Shown here piece after piece: positions 36,657 to 46,416 of a stretch of 64,000 nt of DNA. The notes beneath the pieces are model-generated. The model was given only the letters and a program-made list of their open reading frames with translations, had not been told where the DNA came from and did no database searches. The stretch is from positions 1 to 64,000 of IMG/VR virus record IMGVR_UViG_3300047160_002455; one strand, given 5' to 3'. Made by a program: the position numbers and the translations under genes. This stretch comes from a virus (lineage: Duplodnaviria; Caudoviricetes). How positions within the stretch are numbered: the first letter of the stretch is position 1; every line of letters begins with the position of its first letter.

Positions 36657-37663
36657 TGGCATCCGAGATGGCGGGATTGCTGGATTGGTCCGGGGAGCGG
36701 GACGAATACGGGTACCGTTCCTACACGATTACCTTCCGCGTAGTAACCAACAATGTACTTGACGGTCCCGCTGTCGTTATGCAGACACCGGGGTTGCCGC
36801 GCCCCGGCAGTTGGTACTTCCTTGGTAACGATATCGACATCTATGTTTGGACGCGCTTAAATCTCAAGGTCACACCCACCCTCAAGTCGGAACCGAATAC
36901 CTGGTGGGAAGTCGAGGTCCAGGTCAGCAACAAACCCCCCGACCGCAAAGAAGCGCACAATGCCTGCACCGGGCAAGAAATCCAAGACCCACTGTTGACA
37001 CCGCAGAAAGTTAGCGGGTCGATGGTGAAAAGGACGGAGGAATCGGTTTACGACCGATTCGGTAATCGCATTTCCAACAGCGCGCAGGAGCAGCTGCACG
37101 GTCCCAACGTCCAGTTCGACCAGTCGCAACCGCAGATCCGCATTGAGCAGAACGTGCCGTTTCTGGACTTAGCGAATGTGCAAAGCATGGTGAACTCTGT
37201 CAATGCTTTCCCTATGTGGGGTCTCGACGCGCGGATGATTAAGCTGAGCGAGTTCACTTGGGAGCGCAAGTTCTGGGGGCAGTGTCTCGTCTACTACACG
37301 CGCAACTTCACCTTTGATATTCGCTACGACACCTGGGATCGCATCATCGCGGACGAGGGCACGCAAGTCATCAAGGGTGAGTGGGACACAAAGAAAGGCA
37401 GTTCAACCAAAGGTCAGTACAAACCAGCTGGCGATGTAACCTATATCAACATCGGCGGTCAGAACATTCCGGACTATACGAATCTGGCGAACTTCCAACG
37501 GTACCAGGATGCGCAGGGACACCCGGCAAAAACGCTCCTGAACGGGGCGGGTATGCCCGCTAACTACCTCGGTGACCCGAACCAAAATCAGGTAGCGCAG
37601 CTGCTCCTCTCTGTGTACCAGGAAGCAGACTTCACGATCCTCGGCATCCCATTGGTATTTTGA
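36656..37663 (+). CDS. Tail/baseplate hub-type protein
   Basis: Directly after tape measure; beta-rich. Confidence 0.55.
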   Translation: MASEMAGLLDWSGERDEYGYRSYTITFRVVTNNVLDGPAVVMQTPGLPRPGSWYFLGNDIDIYVWTRLNLKVTPTLKSEPNTWWEVEVQVSNKPPDRKEAHNACTGQEIQDPLLTPQKVSGSMVKRTEESVYDRFGNRISNSAQEQLHGPNVQFDQSQPQIRIEQNVPFLDLANVQSMVNSVNAFPMWGLDARMIKLSEFTWERKFWGQCLVYYTRNFTFDIRYDTWDRIIADEGTQVIKGEWDTKKGSSTKGQYKPAGDVTYINIGGQNIPDYTNLANFQRYQDAQGHPAKTLLNGAGMPANYLGDPNQNQVAQLLLSVYQEADFTILGIPLVF

Positions 37664-37665
37664 CC

Positions 37666-38130
37666 ATGTCTGCTGAAATCCAGATTCGTCTGAGCATAAG
37701 CATCAACAAGGGCAACCTCCAATTCCAAAGCTACCCGCAAGGATTCCAGGCAGATATGGCGGGGCAGAAAGGACCGGTGCCTGGGGTTATCACCGTTGCC
37801 GTCACACACACGGAGGTCTACTTCACACAAGCGGGATCTGGTTGCAACGCGGGCATCGGCACTCTGGTGCAACCCGGTTACTGTTGGATACAGAACCTCG
37901 ACCAAACCAACTTCGTTATCTTCGGAATCTACGACGCGGACACTATCACATTCTTCCCGTTGGGTGAGCTACTGCCGGGGGAGCTAACGCTGTTCCGATT
38001 GTCGCGCTATTTGGGGCAAGAGTTAAAACCGGGCACGGGCACCGGCATCGCGGACATGGGCACGTCGTTCCTATCGTTCAAGGCAGACATTGCACCGTGC
38101 AACGTGATGGTACTGGCGTTTGATACCTAA
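37666..38130 (+). CDS. Hypothetical tail protein
   Basis: Operon position. Confidence 0.5.
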   Translation: MSAEIQIRLSISINKGNLQFQSYPQGFQADMAGQKGPVPGVITVAVTHTEVYFTQAGSGCNAGIGTLVQPGYCWIQNLDQTNFVIFGIYDADTITFFPLGELLPGELTLFRLSRYLGQELKPGTGTGIADMGTSFLSFKADIAPCNVMVLAFDT

Positions 38131-38139
38131 GGGGCAGTC

Positions 38140-38652
38140 ATGAAACCCAAACCAGATCCGAACCACCCCGAACGTGGGTTGAAGATTGTACACACTGACG
38201 AGGAACCGTGCATCCGCCCTGTCAACAAAGCGCGCTTAAGCATAGTCGAAACAGTCTACTACCAGCATCCGGAGGACCAACCCGTCACCCTGGATCATCG
38301 CTTTGGTAGATGGGTAGACAGTACCGATGAACCCTATCTGCGCAAGTTCAAAGTGGGTACGGAGTGGCAATCACTACCCAAGCTGGCAGGGGCGGTTTGG
38401 ATCGGCGCGACGGATGTAGGTTTGCTGTGCATCAAGAATGAGGAGGGGCGGTTCCTGATTGAACCGACACCAGCGCAGAAGGAGGAAGCGGCGCAGCGCA
38501 TTGTCTGTATCGAGTTTGGCACGCATGGGGTGGCGGACATCTTCATTCCACCGGGGGAGTCGGTTCACTTCCAACCGGTGGATCTAAACAACGTCTACGT
38601 CCGCTGTTGGAAAGGTGAAGCGAAGTTCACCCTGTCCCTATTCCCGAAGTAG
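38140..38652 (+). CDS. Hypothetical tail protein
   Basis: Operon position; similar jelly-roll-like pattern to 37666..38130. Confidence 0.5.
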   Translation: MKPKPDPNHPERGLKIVHTDEEPCIRPVNKARLSIVETVYYQHPEDQPVTLDHRFGRWVDSTDEPYLRKFKVGTEWQSLPKLAGAVWIGATDVGLLCIKNEEGRFLIEPTPAQKEEAAQRIVCIEFGTHGVADIFIPPGESVHFQPVDLNNVYVRCWKGEAKFTLSLFPK

Positions 38653-38653
38653 T

Positions 38654-39229
38654 ATGCCAAAGAGCCGCGGATACGTGCTGACTCAGGAAGATGTGGACTC
38701 GCTCCGTGACATGATAACGGAGTTTAAGAGTCGCTCTAAGCGCGGCGTCATGGAGACAGGTCGCGCGCTTGTAGAAAGCTACGACACGTTCACACCTCCG
38801 GACACGTATATTATCAAGGTGCCGGATGGCGGCATCCCGAAGGAGGACTCAGACACACCGGGGAATGTAGACTGCGATATCTACACCGTAGACAATAGCG
38901 GGGACACCCCAACCCTAACCCAAATCGACATAAACCAGAAGACGGTCTACAACGTCGGGACTGCGGACATACCAGCCGGGTACAATATAGCGGTCAAAGA
39001 TCGCTATGGTAGTTTCATAGCAGTATCACCGCCCCCGGCAACCGCCACTCCATTCACTACAGGAACGTCGGACAATATCGTGCTGACTATGCTTACCAGT
39101 CAGATAGATCCCAATACATGCGTCGCAACAACAAAAACTTTTCACTTTGAGACAGTCACCATCGCGGGGCTGACGTTCATTGCGCTGTTCGCGATTACCG
39201 ATGATGTACCAGGGACCGGGCACCCATGA
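38654..39229 (+). CDS. Hypothetical tail protein
   Basis: ATG one base after the upstream stop. Confidence 0.5.
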   Translation: MPKSRGYVLTQEDVDSLRDMITEFKSRSKRGVMETGRALVESYDTFTPPDTYIIKVPDGGIPKEDSDTPGNVDCDIYTVDNSGDTPTLTQIDINQKTVYNVGTADIPAGYNIAVKDRYGSFIAVSPPPATATPFTTGTSDNIVLTMLTSQIDPNTCVATTKTFHFETVTIAGLTFIALFAITDDVPGTGHP

Positions 39230-39429
39230 AGTTAGGAACGAACATCGAAGCTGCGCTGCGCATGATCGGGCTCACGAGTGAGCGTGTCGAGGCATGGTTG
39301 GGGCGTCCTTGCGGTTGCAAGGAAAGAGTCGAGAAGCTGGACCAACTGGGGATGTGGGCAAAGCGCGTACTCCGCGCTAAAACACAAAGTCCACATGACG
39401 AATTAGAAGGCATACTGAAGCAACCGTAA
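39226..39429 (+). CDS. Small CGC-motif protein
   Basis: PCGCKERVEKLDQL. Confidence 0.6.
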   Translation: MKLGTNIEAALRMIGLTSERVEAWLGRPCGCKERVEKLDQLGMWAKRVLRAKTQSPHDELEGILKQP

Positions 39430-40928
39430 TGGGAACAACACCAACTCTAAACTGCGGTTGCTGCAGCGAAGTGAAGAAAGGTTGCTGCAAACTCGACCCT
39501 CAGATACCGCTGTGCTACGGCATTAGCAGCGATGATGGTTGCAAGGATTGCTTTAACGGTAAGCAAGTTCAGATGACGTATGAGGGCGGCACTTGGTCCG
39601 GTGCCGTGTCTGCCAGCTGTGGCATCCTCACGCTGTCCATCAAGTGCAATACGAAGCGCGCCACCTGCTGTACTCCATCGGTGCTATTGCCGTCAGAGAT
39701 AAGCGTGACCATGCGCGACGAGGGCGGCTGCGCTTGTTGCGATGGTGTCAACGCAACCATGTCATGGAACGAAGGGTCGCAGACTTGGTCCGGTACTCTC
39801 AACCTCACTGCCTGTAATACATCCCTGACGGTGACGATGGATACCGCGTGCAACGTCCACCTCTCAGGCTGCGCCAGTAGCTACAGTTCCAAGAATGTCG
39901 ATAGCTGCTCACCGTTCCAGCTAAGCGTATTCGGTGGTAATGCGCCGTGCTGTAACGGTGTGGTGGGTAGTTGGAAGCTGGTTATCGAGGCACCGTCTCA
40001 AGACCCCGCTTCGGGCAGCTGTGAGAATTACCAGCTGACGGTTACTTGCGGCAAGGATACTGTCACGGTGCCGCCCTCTAACTGCCGTTGTGGGGACACG
40101 GGTACGGGCACCAGTTCTCAGTTTCTACTTGAGTTCGGACCGATCACACTAACGGATTGCTGCCAAGGAACCATAAGCGTAGACGTGCTGGAATGCCCAC
40201 AGGTCTATGTGGACTGTCCTGATTGCCTCACAGTACCGAAAGTATGGAAACTGTCCGCCTCTGGGTTTGAGGATGCCGACTGTAGCTTCTGCTCATCCCT
40301 TAACGGTGACCACACCCTCATAAGACCTATTGATTATAAGTATTTCCCAGAAGACGTTCCGTGGGACAGTGAGAGCAATTCGCCCATTTGTACGACACCA
40401 ATATATGGACCGGGGACTCCGATTCTCGGATTCCACCCTTGCCACTGTAACTTCACCCCAAACGATCCAAATGGACAAGCACCATTCGTAGCAACCAGCT
40501 GTACCTGGCTTTCGCTAAAGGTCTTCGACTTGTTCTGTCAATACCCGTATGCTTTCCCACCGCCAGATACATTCCCGTACAATTTCGGGCAAGCGTGGGC
40601 ATGGTGGTTGACCGGTTATAGTGGCAGCCTTCTGAACCCTTACGACGTAGGGTTCACCCTCAAAGGTGGTGTCGCTACATGCTTGTATCAACCGTGGTTC
40701 GCTACCTGCTTGCAGATTCCACCTGTTCCACCACCTCCACAAGGGACTGTCTCCTACTGTATTCCAGCGCGATACTTTGACTGTCTTGGCAAGAATGTGT
40801 TCGAGGTGGCTATGACCTACGGAGGAATCAGCATAGGTGGAGTCACTGTTCCTTTCTGCAACCCACCGGGCTATGCCAATCAGCAACCGGCACCGGTGAC
40901 CGTGCAAGTAAGCGTTGAACCCGCATGA
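39429..40928 (+). CDS. Very Cys-rich tail tip/receptor-binding-like protein
   Basis: About 40 Cys in 499 aa, with internal repeats. Confidence 0.6.
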   Translation: MGTTPTLNCGCCSEVKKGCCKLDPQIPLCYGISSDDGCKDCFNGKQVQMTYEGGTWSGAVSASCGILTLSIKCNTKRATCCTPSVLLPSEISVTMRDEGGCACCDGVNATMSWNEGSQTWSGTLNLTACNTSLTVTMDTACNVHLSGCASSYSSKNVDSCSPFQLSVFGGNAPCCNGVVGSWKLVIEAPSQDPASGSCENYQLTVTCGKDTVTVPPSNCRCGDTGTGTSSQFLLEFGPITLTDCCQGTISVDVLECPQVYVDCPDCLTVPKVWKLSASGFEDADCSFCSSLNGDHTLIRPIDYKYFPEDVPWDSESNSPICTTPIYGPGTPILGFHPCHCNFTPNDPNGQAPFVATSCTWLSLKVFDLFCQYPYAFPPPDTFPYNFGQAWAWWLTGYSGSLLNPYDVGFTLKGGVATCLYQPWFATCLQIPPVPPPPQGTVSYCIPARYFDCLGKNVFEVAMTYGGISIGGVTVPFCNPPGYANQQPAPVTVQVSVEPA

Positions 40929-41476
40929 ACGTACCGCCGTGTAAAGACCGTGGGCAAGAGGTCGCGCCGGATATTTACATCTGTAAGTCCAGCAAACTCG
41001 TTGGCACTCCGATGAACGTCACCGCGCAGACGTGCCTGCGCTGCCCGTACTCGGACGAAGGGTATAAGGTTCGCGAAAGCTGGAAGCAGATTGAGTTCCC
41101 GAAACCGCCGCCACAGTTAGCACCACAACCAGCGCCCCCGGAACTGGCAATACCACAGGACTTGACGAAGCTGACGGTGGAGCAGCGCAAAAGGTTCGGT
41201 TTCGATGATCCGGCTGGACCAGTGCTTCCGCAGCGCGGACCATCCATCTTCAAGAAAGCAATCAATCTCAGCTGGGCGGTTGCCAGTCACATCCTCGCGG
41301 GGTTGCCCACCGTGGATGATAAGGACTATGAGGCGCGCTTGAATGTCTGCAACAGCTGTGAGATGCGCAAGGGCAACACCTGTATGCACCCGCGCTGCGG
41401 TTGCAATCTCTCACTCAAGGCATGGTGGAAGGATCAAAAGTGCCCCTTGGATAAGTGGGCAAAACCCGAATCCTGA
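40925..41476 (+). CDS. Cys-rich protein (DUF6171-like C-terminus)
   Basis: RLNVCNSCE...CMHPRCGC...KA...KCPLDKW. Confidence 0.6.
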   Translation: MNVPPCKDRGQEVAPDIYICKSSKLVGTPMNVTAQTCLRCPYSDEGYKVRESWKQIEFPKPPPQLAPQPAPPELAIPQDLTKLTVEQRKRFGFDDPAGPVLPQRGPSIFKKAINLSWAVASHILAGLPTVDDKDYEARLNVCNSCEMRKGNTCMHPRCGCNLSLKAWWKDQKCPLDKWAKPES

Positions 41477-41506
41477 CTGACCTGGCATGGGGAGAACGTA
41501 GCAGAC

Positions 41507-42241
41507 GTGAACAAGACTCGCTGGGTTTATGGTGTAACCACTGTACCGGCGCGCGCGGGCACGCTCTTGCCGCGCACGCTCAAGTCATTGGCAGCTGCCG
41601 GATTCGACCAGCCTTGGCTGTTCATCGACGGTGTAACGCACACGGAGGCAGACCGATTCGAGCGCGAGTTCAAGCTGCCGGTGACGGGGCGCTGCCCGCC
41701 ACTGAAGGCATTTGGCAACTGGATACTAGCACTTGCAGAGTTGTATATCCGGCAACCGGTGTGCAACCGTTACGCGATTTTCCAAGACGATCTAGTGACC
41801 TATCGGAACCTGCGCTCCTACTTGTGTCATTGCCCGTTCCCGGAAAAGGGTTACTGGAACCTGTTCACCTTTCCCAACAACCAGTTGATTGCGCCTAGGG
41901 ATGGCAACGGTAAGCAGAAGATCGGATGGTATGAGTCGGACCAATGGGGCAAGGGCGCGGTTGGATTGATCTTCTCCCGCGAAGCAGTAATGACGGTGTT
42001 GCAAGCGGCACACATGATCGCTCGACCCGCAGATGCTTCGAGGCGCAGTACCATGAACATTGACGGCGGTGTCGTGACCGCCATGACGAAAGCAGGTTGG
42101 AAAGAGTTTGTCCACAATCCGTCTCTGATACAGCACACCGGGGACGTGAGCACGATGGACCACGGACCCCATCCCAAAGCGGCATTCCGTGGTGAGGACT
42201 TTGATGCTATGGAGCTACTCAATGAAGCTAAGCGAACTTGA
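41507..42241 (+). CDS. GT-A fold glycosyltransferase-like protein
   Basis: LFIDG, YAIFQDDL, PSLIQHTG. Confidence 0.65.
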   Translation: MNKTRWVYGVTTVPARAGTLLPRTLKSLAAAGFDQPWLFIDGVTHTEADRFEREFKLPVTGRCPPLKAFGNWILALAELYIRQPVCNRYAIFQDDLVTYRNLRSYLCHCPFPEKGYWNLFTFPNNQLIAPRDGNGKQKIGWYESDQWGKGAVGLIFSREAVMTVLQAAHMIARPADASRRSTMNIDGGVVTAMTKAGWKEFVHNPSLIQHTGDVSTMDHGPHPKAAFRGEDFDAMELLNEAKRT

Positions 42242-42560
42242 TCCGCGCTTTATCAAAAAGGCTGACGATTCGGAGAGTCAGGGCAAGTGTATGATTATCA
42301 TTGCCGCTGACATGAAGGAAGCGCATGGGGTAATGCTCAAGTGTCCCAAATGTGCGAGCGAAAGGATGCACAAGGACATCCACCGTATCATCATCTGGTT
42401 TGAGGGTACGGTTCCCGACGATACCGCACCGGGACCGGGACGGTGGGCGGCAAGCGGCACCGGATTGGAGGATTTGACTTTGCATCCGAGTGTCGAATTG
42501 GGGGATTTGTGTCGCTGTAAATGCACCATCATGGCAGGTTTTGTAACGGTAGATTTATGA
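42222..42560 (+). CDS. Small DUF6527-like protein
   Basis: CPKC...RWAASGTGLEDLTLHPSV. Confidence 0.5.
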   Translation: MKLSELDPRFIKKADDSESQGKCMIIIAADMKEAHGVMLKCPKCASERMHKDIHRIIIWFEGTVPDDTAPGPGRWAASGTGLEDLTLHPSVELGDLCRCKCTIMAGFVTVDL

Positions 42561-42629
42561 CTCCTCTCTGGCGCGGCAAGACGCCACCTCTTGAACGTCG
42601 CATCCCAGCCCGTACTAACGAGGTGACAG

Positions 42630-43652
42630 ATGCCCCCGCGCGAGGGAAACAAGACGCAGACGGTTCGCGATTTCATAAGGAGGTATCCGCACACACCAAG
42701 TAAAACCCTAGCACGAATGCTGGTTGCTGAGCACCCGACCCTGTGGCGGAATATCGAATCGTGTCGCTCCATGATTCGAGTCGTGCGCGGCAACTCAGGA
42801 TCGGAGAAGCAGAAGGCGGGGCGGCGGGACAAAACCTTGTTCCGACCGCATGGTAAGCAGGGTGTGTTTGCCAGCTTACCGCCCTCGATTAAGTATTTGG
42901 ACCCGTTCAACGCTTTTCTAGTTGACGGTCCTGGGGTGTGGTTGGTAATCGCGGATTTGCACTGCCCGTTCCACGACGATGCCGCGCTGACTGTGGCACT
43001 GGAACATGGTAAGAATGAGGGATGCACCGGGGTCTTGATTAACGGTGACTTGGTAGACTTCTACCAAATCTCGGACCACAAAAAAGACCCCACTCTGGTA
43101 GAGTTCAGAGAGGAGGTCGAAGCGTGCCAGCAGATGATTGTCGCGCTTCGACAGATATTTCCCAAGCAACGGATGATTTGGAAGTGGGGTAACCACGAGG
43201 ACCGCTACCAGCGGTGGCTCTGGGTTAAGGCACCGGAGTTGTTGGGGATACCGGAGTTCAGTTTCGATGCCGTCTTCCACCTGAAAGAGTTGAAGGTGGA
43301 GCAGGTCATTAACAAACAACCGATTCGGTTAGGGAAGCTATGGGTCGTACATGGTCACGAGTTCAGAAGTGGGTGGAGTGCGGACCCGGTCAATCCGGCG
43401 CGGAACCTGTTTCTGCGCTGCCACGAGAACGCGATGGAGGGGCATGTTCACCGCTCCAGCCACCACGGAGAACGGTTGCCACTGTCGAACCACATGATTT
43501 CGTGTTTCTCTACGGGCTGCCTTTGCCAGCTAGCAGCACCGTACAATCCCTTGAACCGTTGGAATGCTGGGTTTGCCATAGTGAGGATTGAAAAAGATGG
43601 CGCGTTCACCGTCGAAAACTATCGAATCGTCAACGGCAAAGCATACACCTGA
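42630..43652 (+). CDS. Calcineurin-like metallophosphoesterase with N-terminal HTH-like region
   Basis: ADLH, NGDLVD, GNHE, HGHE, GHVH motifs. Confidence 0.9.
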   Translation: MPPREGNKTQTVRDFIRRYPHTPSKTLARMLVAEHPTLWRNIESCRSMIRVVRGNSGSEKQKAGRRDKTLFRPHGKQGVFASLPPSIKYLDPFNAFLVDGPGVWLVIADLHCPFHDDAALTVALEHGKNEGCTGVLINGDLVDFYQISDHKKDPTLVEFREEVEACQQMIVALRQIFPKQRMIWKWGNHEDRYQRWLWVKAPELLGIPEFSFDAVFHLKELKVEQVINKQPIRLGKLWVVHGHEFRSGWSADPVNPARNLFLRCHENAMEGHVHRSSHHGERLPLSNHMISCFSTGCLCQLAAPYNPLNRWNAGFAIVRIEKDGAFTVENYRIVNGKAYT

Positions 43653-43653
43653 G

Positions 43654-43836
43654 ATGGACCTGCCCGCGAGCATGTGGACCGTGGGCTGCCACAGTTGCCA
43701 TCGGTTGCATGAGGAGGTGCGCGCTCTGAACAAGGAGATTGCGCGCCTCAAGGAACTGATGAAACGCGGACCGATTGCCACGGTGTTTGATGATGTAACA
43801 GGCAAAGCAACCCTGCTCTATGAGCTACCGAAGTGA
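43654..43836 (+). CDS. Small CxxC coiled-coil protein
   Basis: GCHSCHRLHEEVRALNKEI. Confidence 0.4.
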   Translation: MDLPASMWTVGCHSCHRLHEEVRALNKEIARLKELMKRGPIATVFDDVTGKATLLYELPK

Positions 43837-44885
43837 GAACGACCGCCCAGATTATCGCTGGATTGCCTCATCCGAGGGTGAGAGATTTGCCGTCTCCCGT
43901 GTACACCCCGGTCGAAAAGGATCGACCTAACAATATCGCGCTGGCAGTCGAGAGCATGAAGCAGCACATGAGCGATGAAGGTTGGCAGATCATGGCGGGA
44001 CTGGAAAGCGCGGGTTATCACCTATCCGGTTATGGTCTGGATGGGCAGGTGGACGTGGTGCAACTGATCCACAGCTACAACCCGCAGGTTGTTGTGGTTC
44101 AGGACAAGTGCGAATGGGACGTGGTGAAACCGGGTGACTTCCGTGAGCCACTGGCGCGGTTCCTGAACGTGGACAAGCTAGCGACCTGCCCCGATATATT
44201 CAAGGTGGCGGTAGCGAAAGATATTCACTACGATGTCGATTACCGCCGCGCTCACGCGGCTGAGATCGGTTGCCATGCCTGGATAATCTACTACCATCCT
44301 AAAGTGGTCATGCACCTGCTGCCGTTCATGCGTGAGCAGCATTTGATCCGGACAACCCATAGTGTGGACCCCAAGGTAGTGCCTCAGTTCACACCCGCTA
44401 GCCAACGGCACGGCTGTCTGTTATCCGGCGCGATCTCTGGGGCTTATCCCTTTCGCGCTGTCCTGCGCACCCATTTGGGCGACCTGCCCGATACAACCTA
44501 CTTGCGGCATCCAGGTTACAACCGTAACGGCTGTTGCACGCCGAAATACCTGCAGGAATTAAGCAAGCACAAGGTCGCGATTTGCACGAGTTCCAAGTGG
44601 GGGCACCTATTCCGGAAGATAATCGAAGCGACCGCTTGCGGTTGTATCGTGGTTACCGATCTGCCGGACGATGATATCGCGCCCTATATCGACGGCAACC
44701 TCGTGCGCGTCTCTCCCAACATCAAGCCCGCCGCGCTGGGAGACATGATCCGCAAATTGTATGACGTATACGACGAACAAGTCCAGCGCGACTATGCTGC
44801 AGTTGCCTGTCTGCGCTACGATTACAAAGTTGTGGGAGCCCGCCTGGCGCAAGACATCGAAGATTTACGACGGAGGTATCAATGA
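43833..44885 (+). CDS. GT-B glycosyltransferase (CgeB/Glyco_trans_1_2-like)
   Basis: KYLQELSKHKVAIC...RKIIEATACGC. Confidence 0.7.
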   Translation: MRTTAQIIAGLPHPRVRDLPSPVYTPVEKDRPNNIALAVESMKQHMSDEGWQIMAGLESAGYHLSGYGLDGQVDVVQLIHSYNPQVVVVQDKCEWDVVKPGDFREPLARFLNVDKLATCPDIFKVAVAKDIHYDVDYRRAHAAEIGCHAWIIYYHPKVVMHLLPFMREQHLIRTTHSVDPKVVPQFTPASQRHGCLLSGAISGAYPFRAVLRTHLGDLPDTTYLRHPGYNRNGCCTPKYLQELSKHKVAICTSSKWGHLFRKIIEATACGCIVVTDLPDDDIAPYIDGNLVRVSPNIKPAALGDMIRKLYDVYDEQVQRDYAAVACLRYDYKVVGARLAQDIEDLRRRYQ

Positions 44886-45484
44886 TCCTCTTAACCGCAG
44901 CGATTGATAGCCGCTATCGGTTTGGGGAGTTGCTGAATCAGAAGCGACTTCTGAGTAAAGCGGTCGAGATCGGCACCCACCGTGGTACTTTCGCGGAGAA
45001 GTTCCTGATGCAGTGGTCGGAGGGAACCTATTACGGCATCGACCCGTGGGACAACGTGCCCCCTGACTTCGTTGACCAGCTGCAGTATCTTGAGGGCGGC
45101 GGTAAGGATAGGGCGGGAGACTACACCAATGCCCGCATCGCGCTGCGCCCCTGGACTCTCCGCAGCCGCGCCGAACTAATCAAGGCAACCTCCGCCGAAG
45201 CAGTGACTAGATTCAAGGATGGTAGCCTCGACTTCGTTTACATCGACGGTGACCATTCCTACAAGCACGTTTGCGAAGACCTCGCCCTATACTATCCGAA
45301 GTTGCACTCAGGCGGCATCATGGCGGGGCATGATTTTATGTGCCCTTGGGAAATCAAGGGCGGTTGGGCGCAGTTCATTCAACCGGCAGTATTCGAGTTC
45401 TGCAACAAACACGCTATCCAGTTTGTGCAGCTGGTGGTCGAGCGGGACGGCAGCCCCTACTCCTTTTACTTCGAGAAACCATGA
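44882..45484 (+). CDS. Class I SAM-dependent methyltransferase (Methyltransf_24-like)
   Basis: VEIGTHRG, LDFVYIDGDHSY, GGIMAGHDF. Confidence 0.9.
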   Translation: MILLTAAIDSRYRFGELLNQKRLLSKAVEIGTHRGTFAEKFLMQWSEGTYYGIDPWDNVPPDFVDQLQYLEGGGKDRAGDYTNARIALRPWTLRSRAELIKATSAEAVTRFKDGSLDFVYIDGDHSYKHVCEDLALYYPKLHSGGIMAGHDFMCPWEIKGGWAQFIQPAVFEFCNKHAIQFVQLVVERDGSPYSFYFEKP

Positions 45485-46416
45485 ACAAGCAAGAAGCGCT
45501 AGCGAAGATGATTGCGCCGGGCACGCGCAGACCTGGGAAATATCTTGATGGGGTGTTGCAAATATGGATAACCAGAGCGTGTGACAAAGCATGTTACAAC
45601 TGCACTCAGGGGAGCAATCTGGGCGGCAAACCCCGGATGATGTCTCTGGAGCATTTCGAGCAAGCCTGCAAATCTCTGCGCAACTATTTCGGTGTCGTGG
45701 GTGTCTTTGGGGGCAATCCCGCAATCCATCCCCAATTCCCAGAAATATGCGAGATCATGCGCCGCCACATCCCCTGGCAACGGCGCGGGCTGTGGTGCAA
45801 CAACCCGCTGGGGCACGGCAAGGTAATGCGGCAGACGTTCAATCCGCGCTTTAGCAACTTAAACGTCCACATGGATCATGCTGCCTATAACGAGTTCAAA
45901 ATGGACTGGCCCGAATGTATCGTTATCGGACTGGACAGCGACAGCAGGCACTCACCGCCTTTCGTGGCAATCAAGGATGTAATCCCGGATGAAGGCAAGC
46001 GCTGGGAACTGATTAGTGGTTGCGACATCAACATCCATTGGTCCGCCCTAATCGGTGTGTTCCGTGGGCAACTCCGCGCTTGGTTCTGTGAAATAGCGGG
46101 CGCGCAGTCGATGCTCCACCAGGACGAACCCGACTACCCCGATACCGGACATCCGGTGACCGACGATTGGTGGTGCTACCCGATGTCGCACTATGAGAAG
46201 CAGGTGGAATGGCACTGTCACCGTTGCGGCATTCCCCTGAGGGGATACGGTGAGTTAGCGATGGCAAAGGACGGCAAGGAACAAGTAAGCGCGGAACACC
46301 AAAACATCTATCGCCCCAAAAAGCGCGACCGCAAGGTCGAACTGGTTACGACGCAAGAGCAGCTTGGCAAACCTCTGGAACTGATGGTTACCTACTTACA
46401 GAACTCCAAAAAGTAA
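45481..46416 (+). CDS. Radical SAM protein
   Basis: ITRACDKACYNC (CxxxCxxC), FGGNPAIHP. Confidence 0.85.
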   Translation: MNKQEALAKMIAPGTRRPGKYLDGVLQIWITRACDKACYNCTQGSNLGGKPRMMSLEHFEQACKSLRNYFGVVGVFGGNPAIHPQFPEICEIMRRHIPWQRRGLWCNNPLGHGKVMRQTFNPRFSNLNVHMDHAAYNEFKMDWPECIVIGLDSDSRHSPPFVAIKDVIPDEGKRWELISGCDINIHWSALIGVFRGQLRAWFCEIAGAQSMLHQDEPDYPDTGHPVTDDWWCYPMSHYEKQVEWHCHRCGIPLRGYGELAMAKDGKEQVSAEHQNIYRPKKRDRKVELVTTQEQLGKPLELMVTYLQNSKK

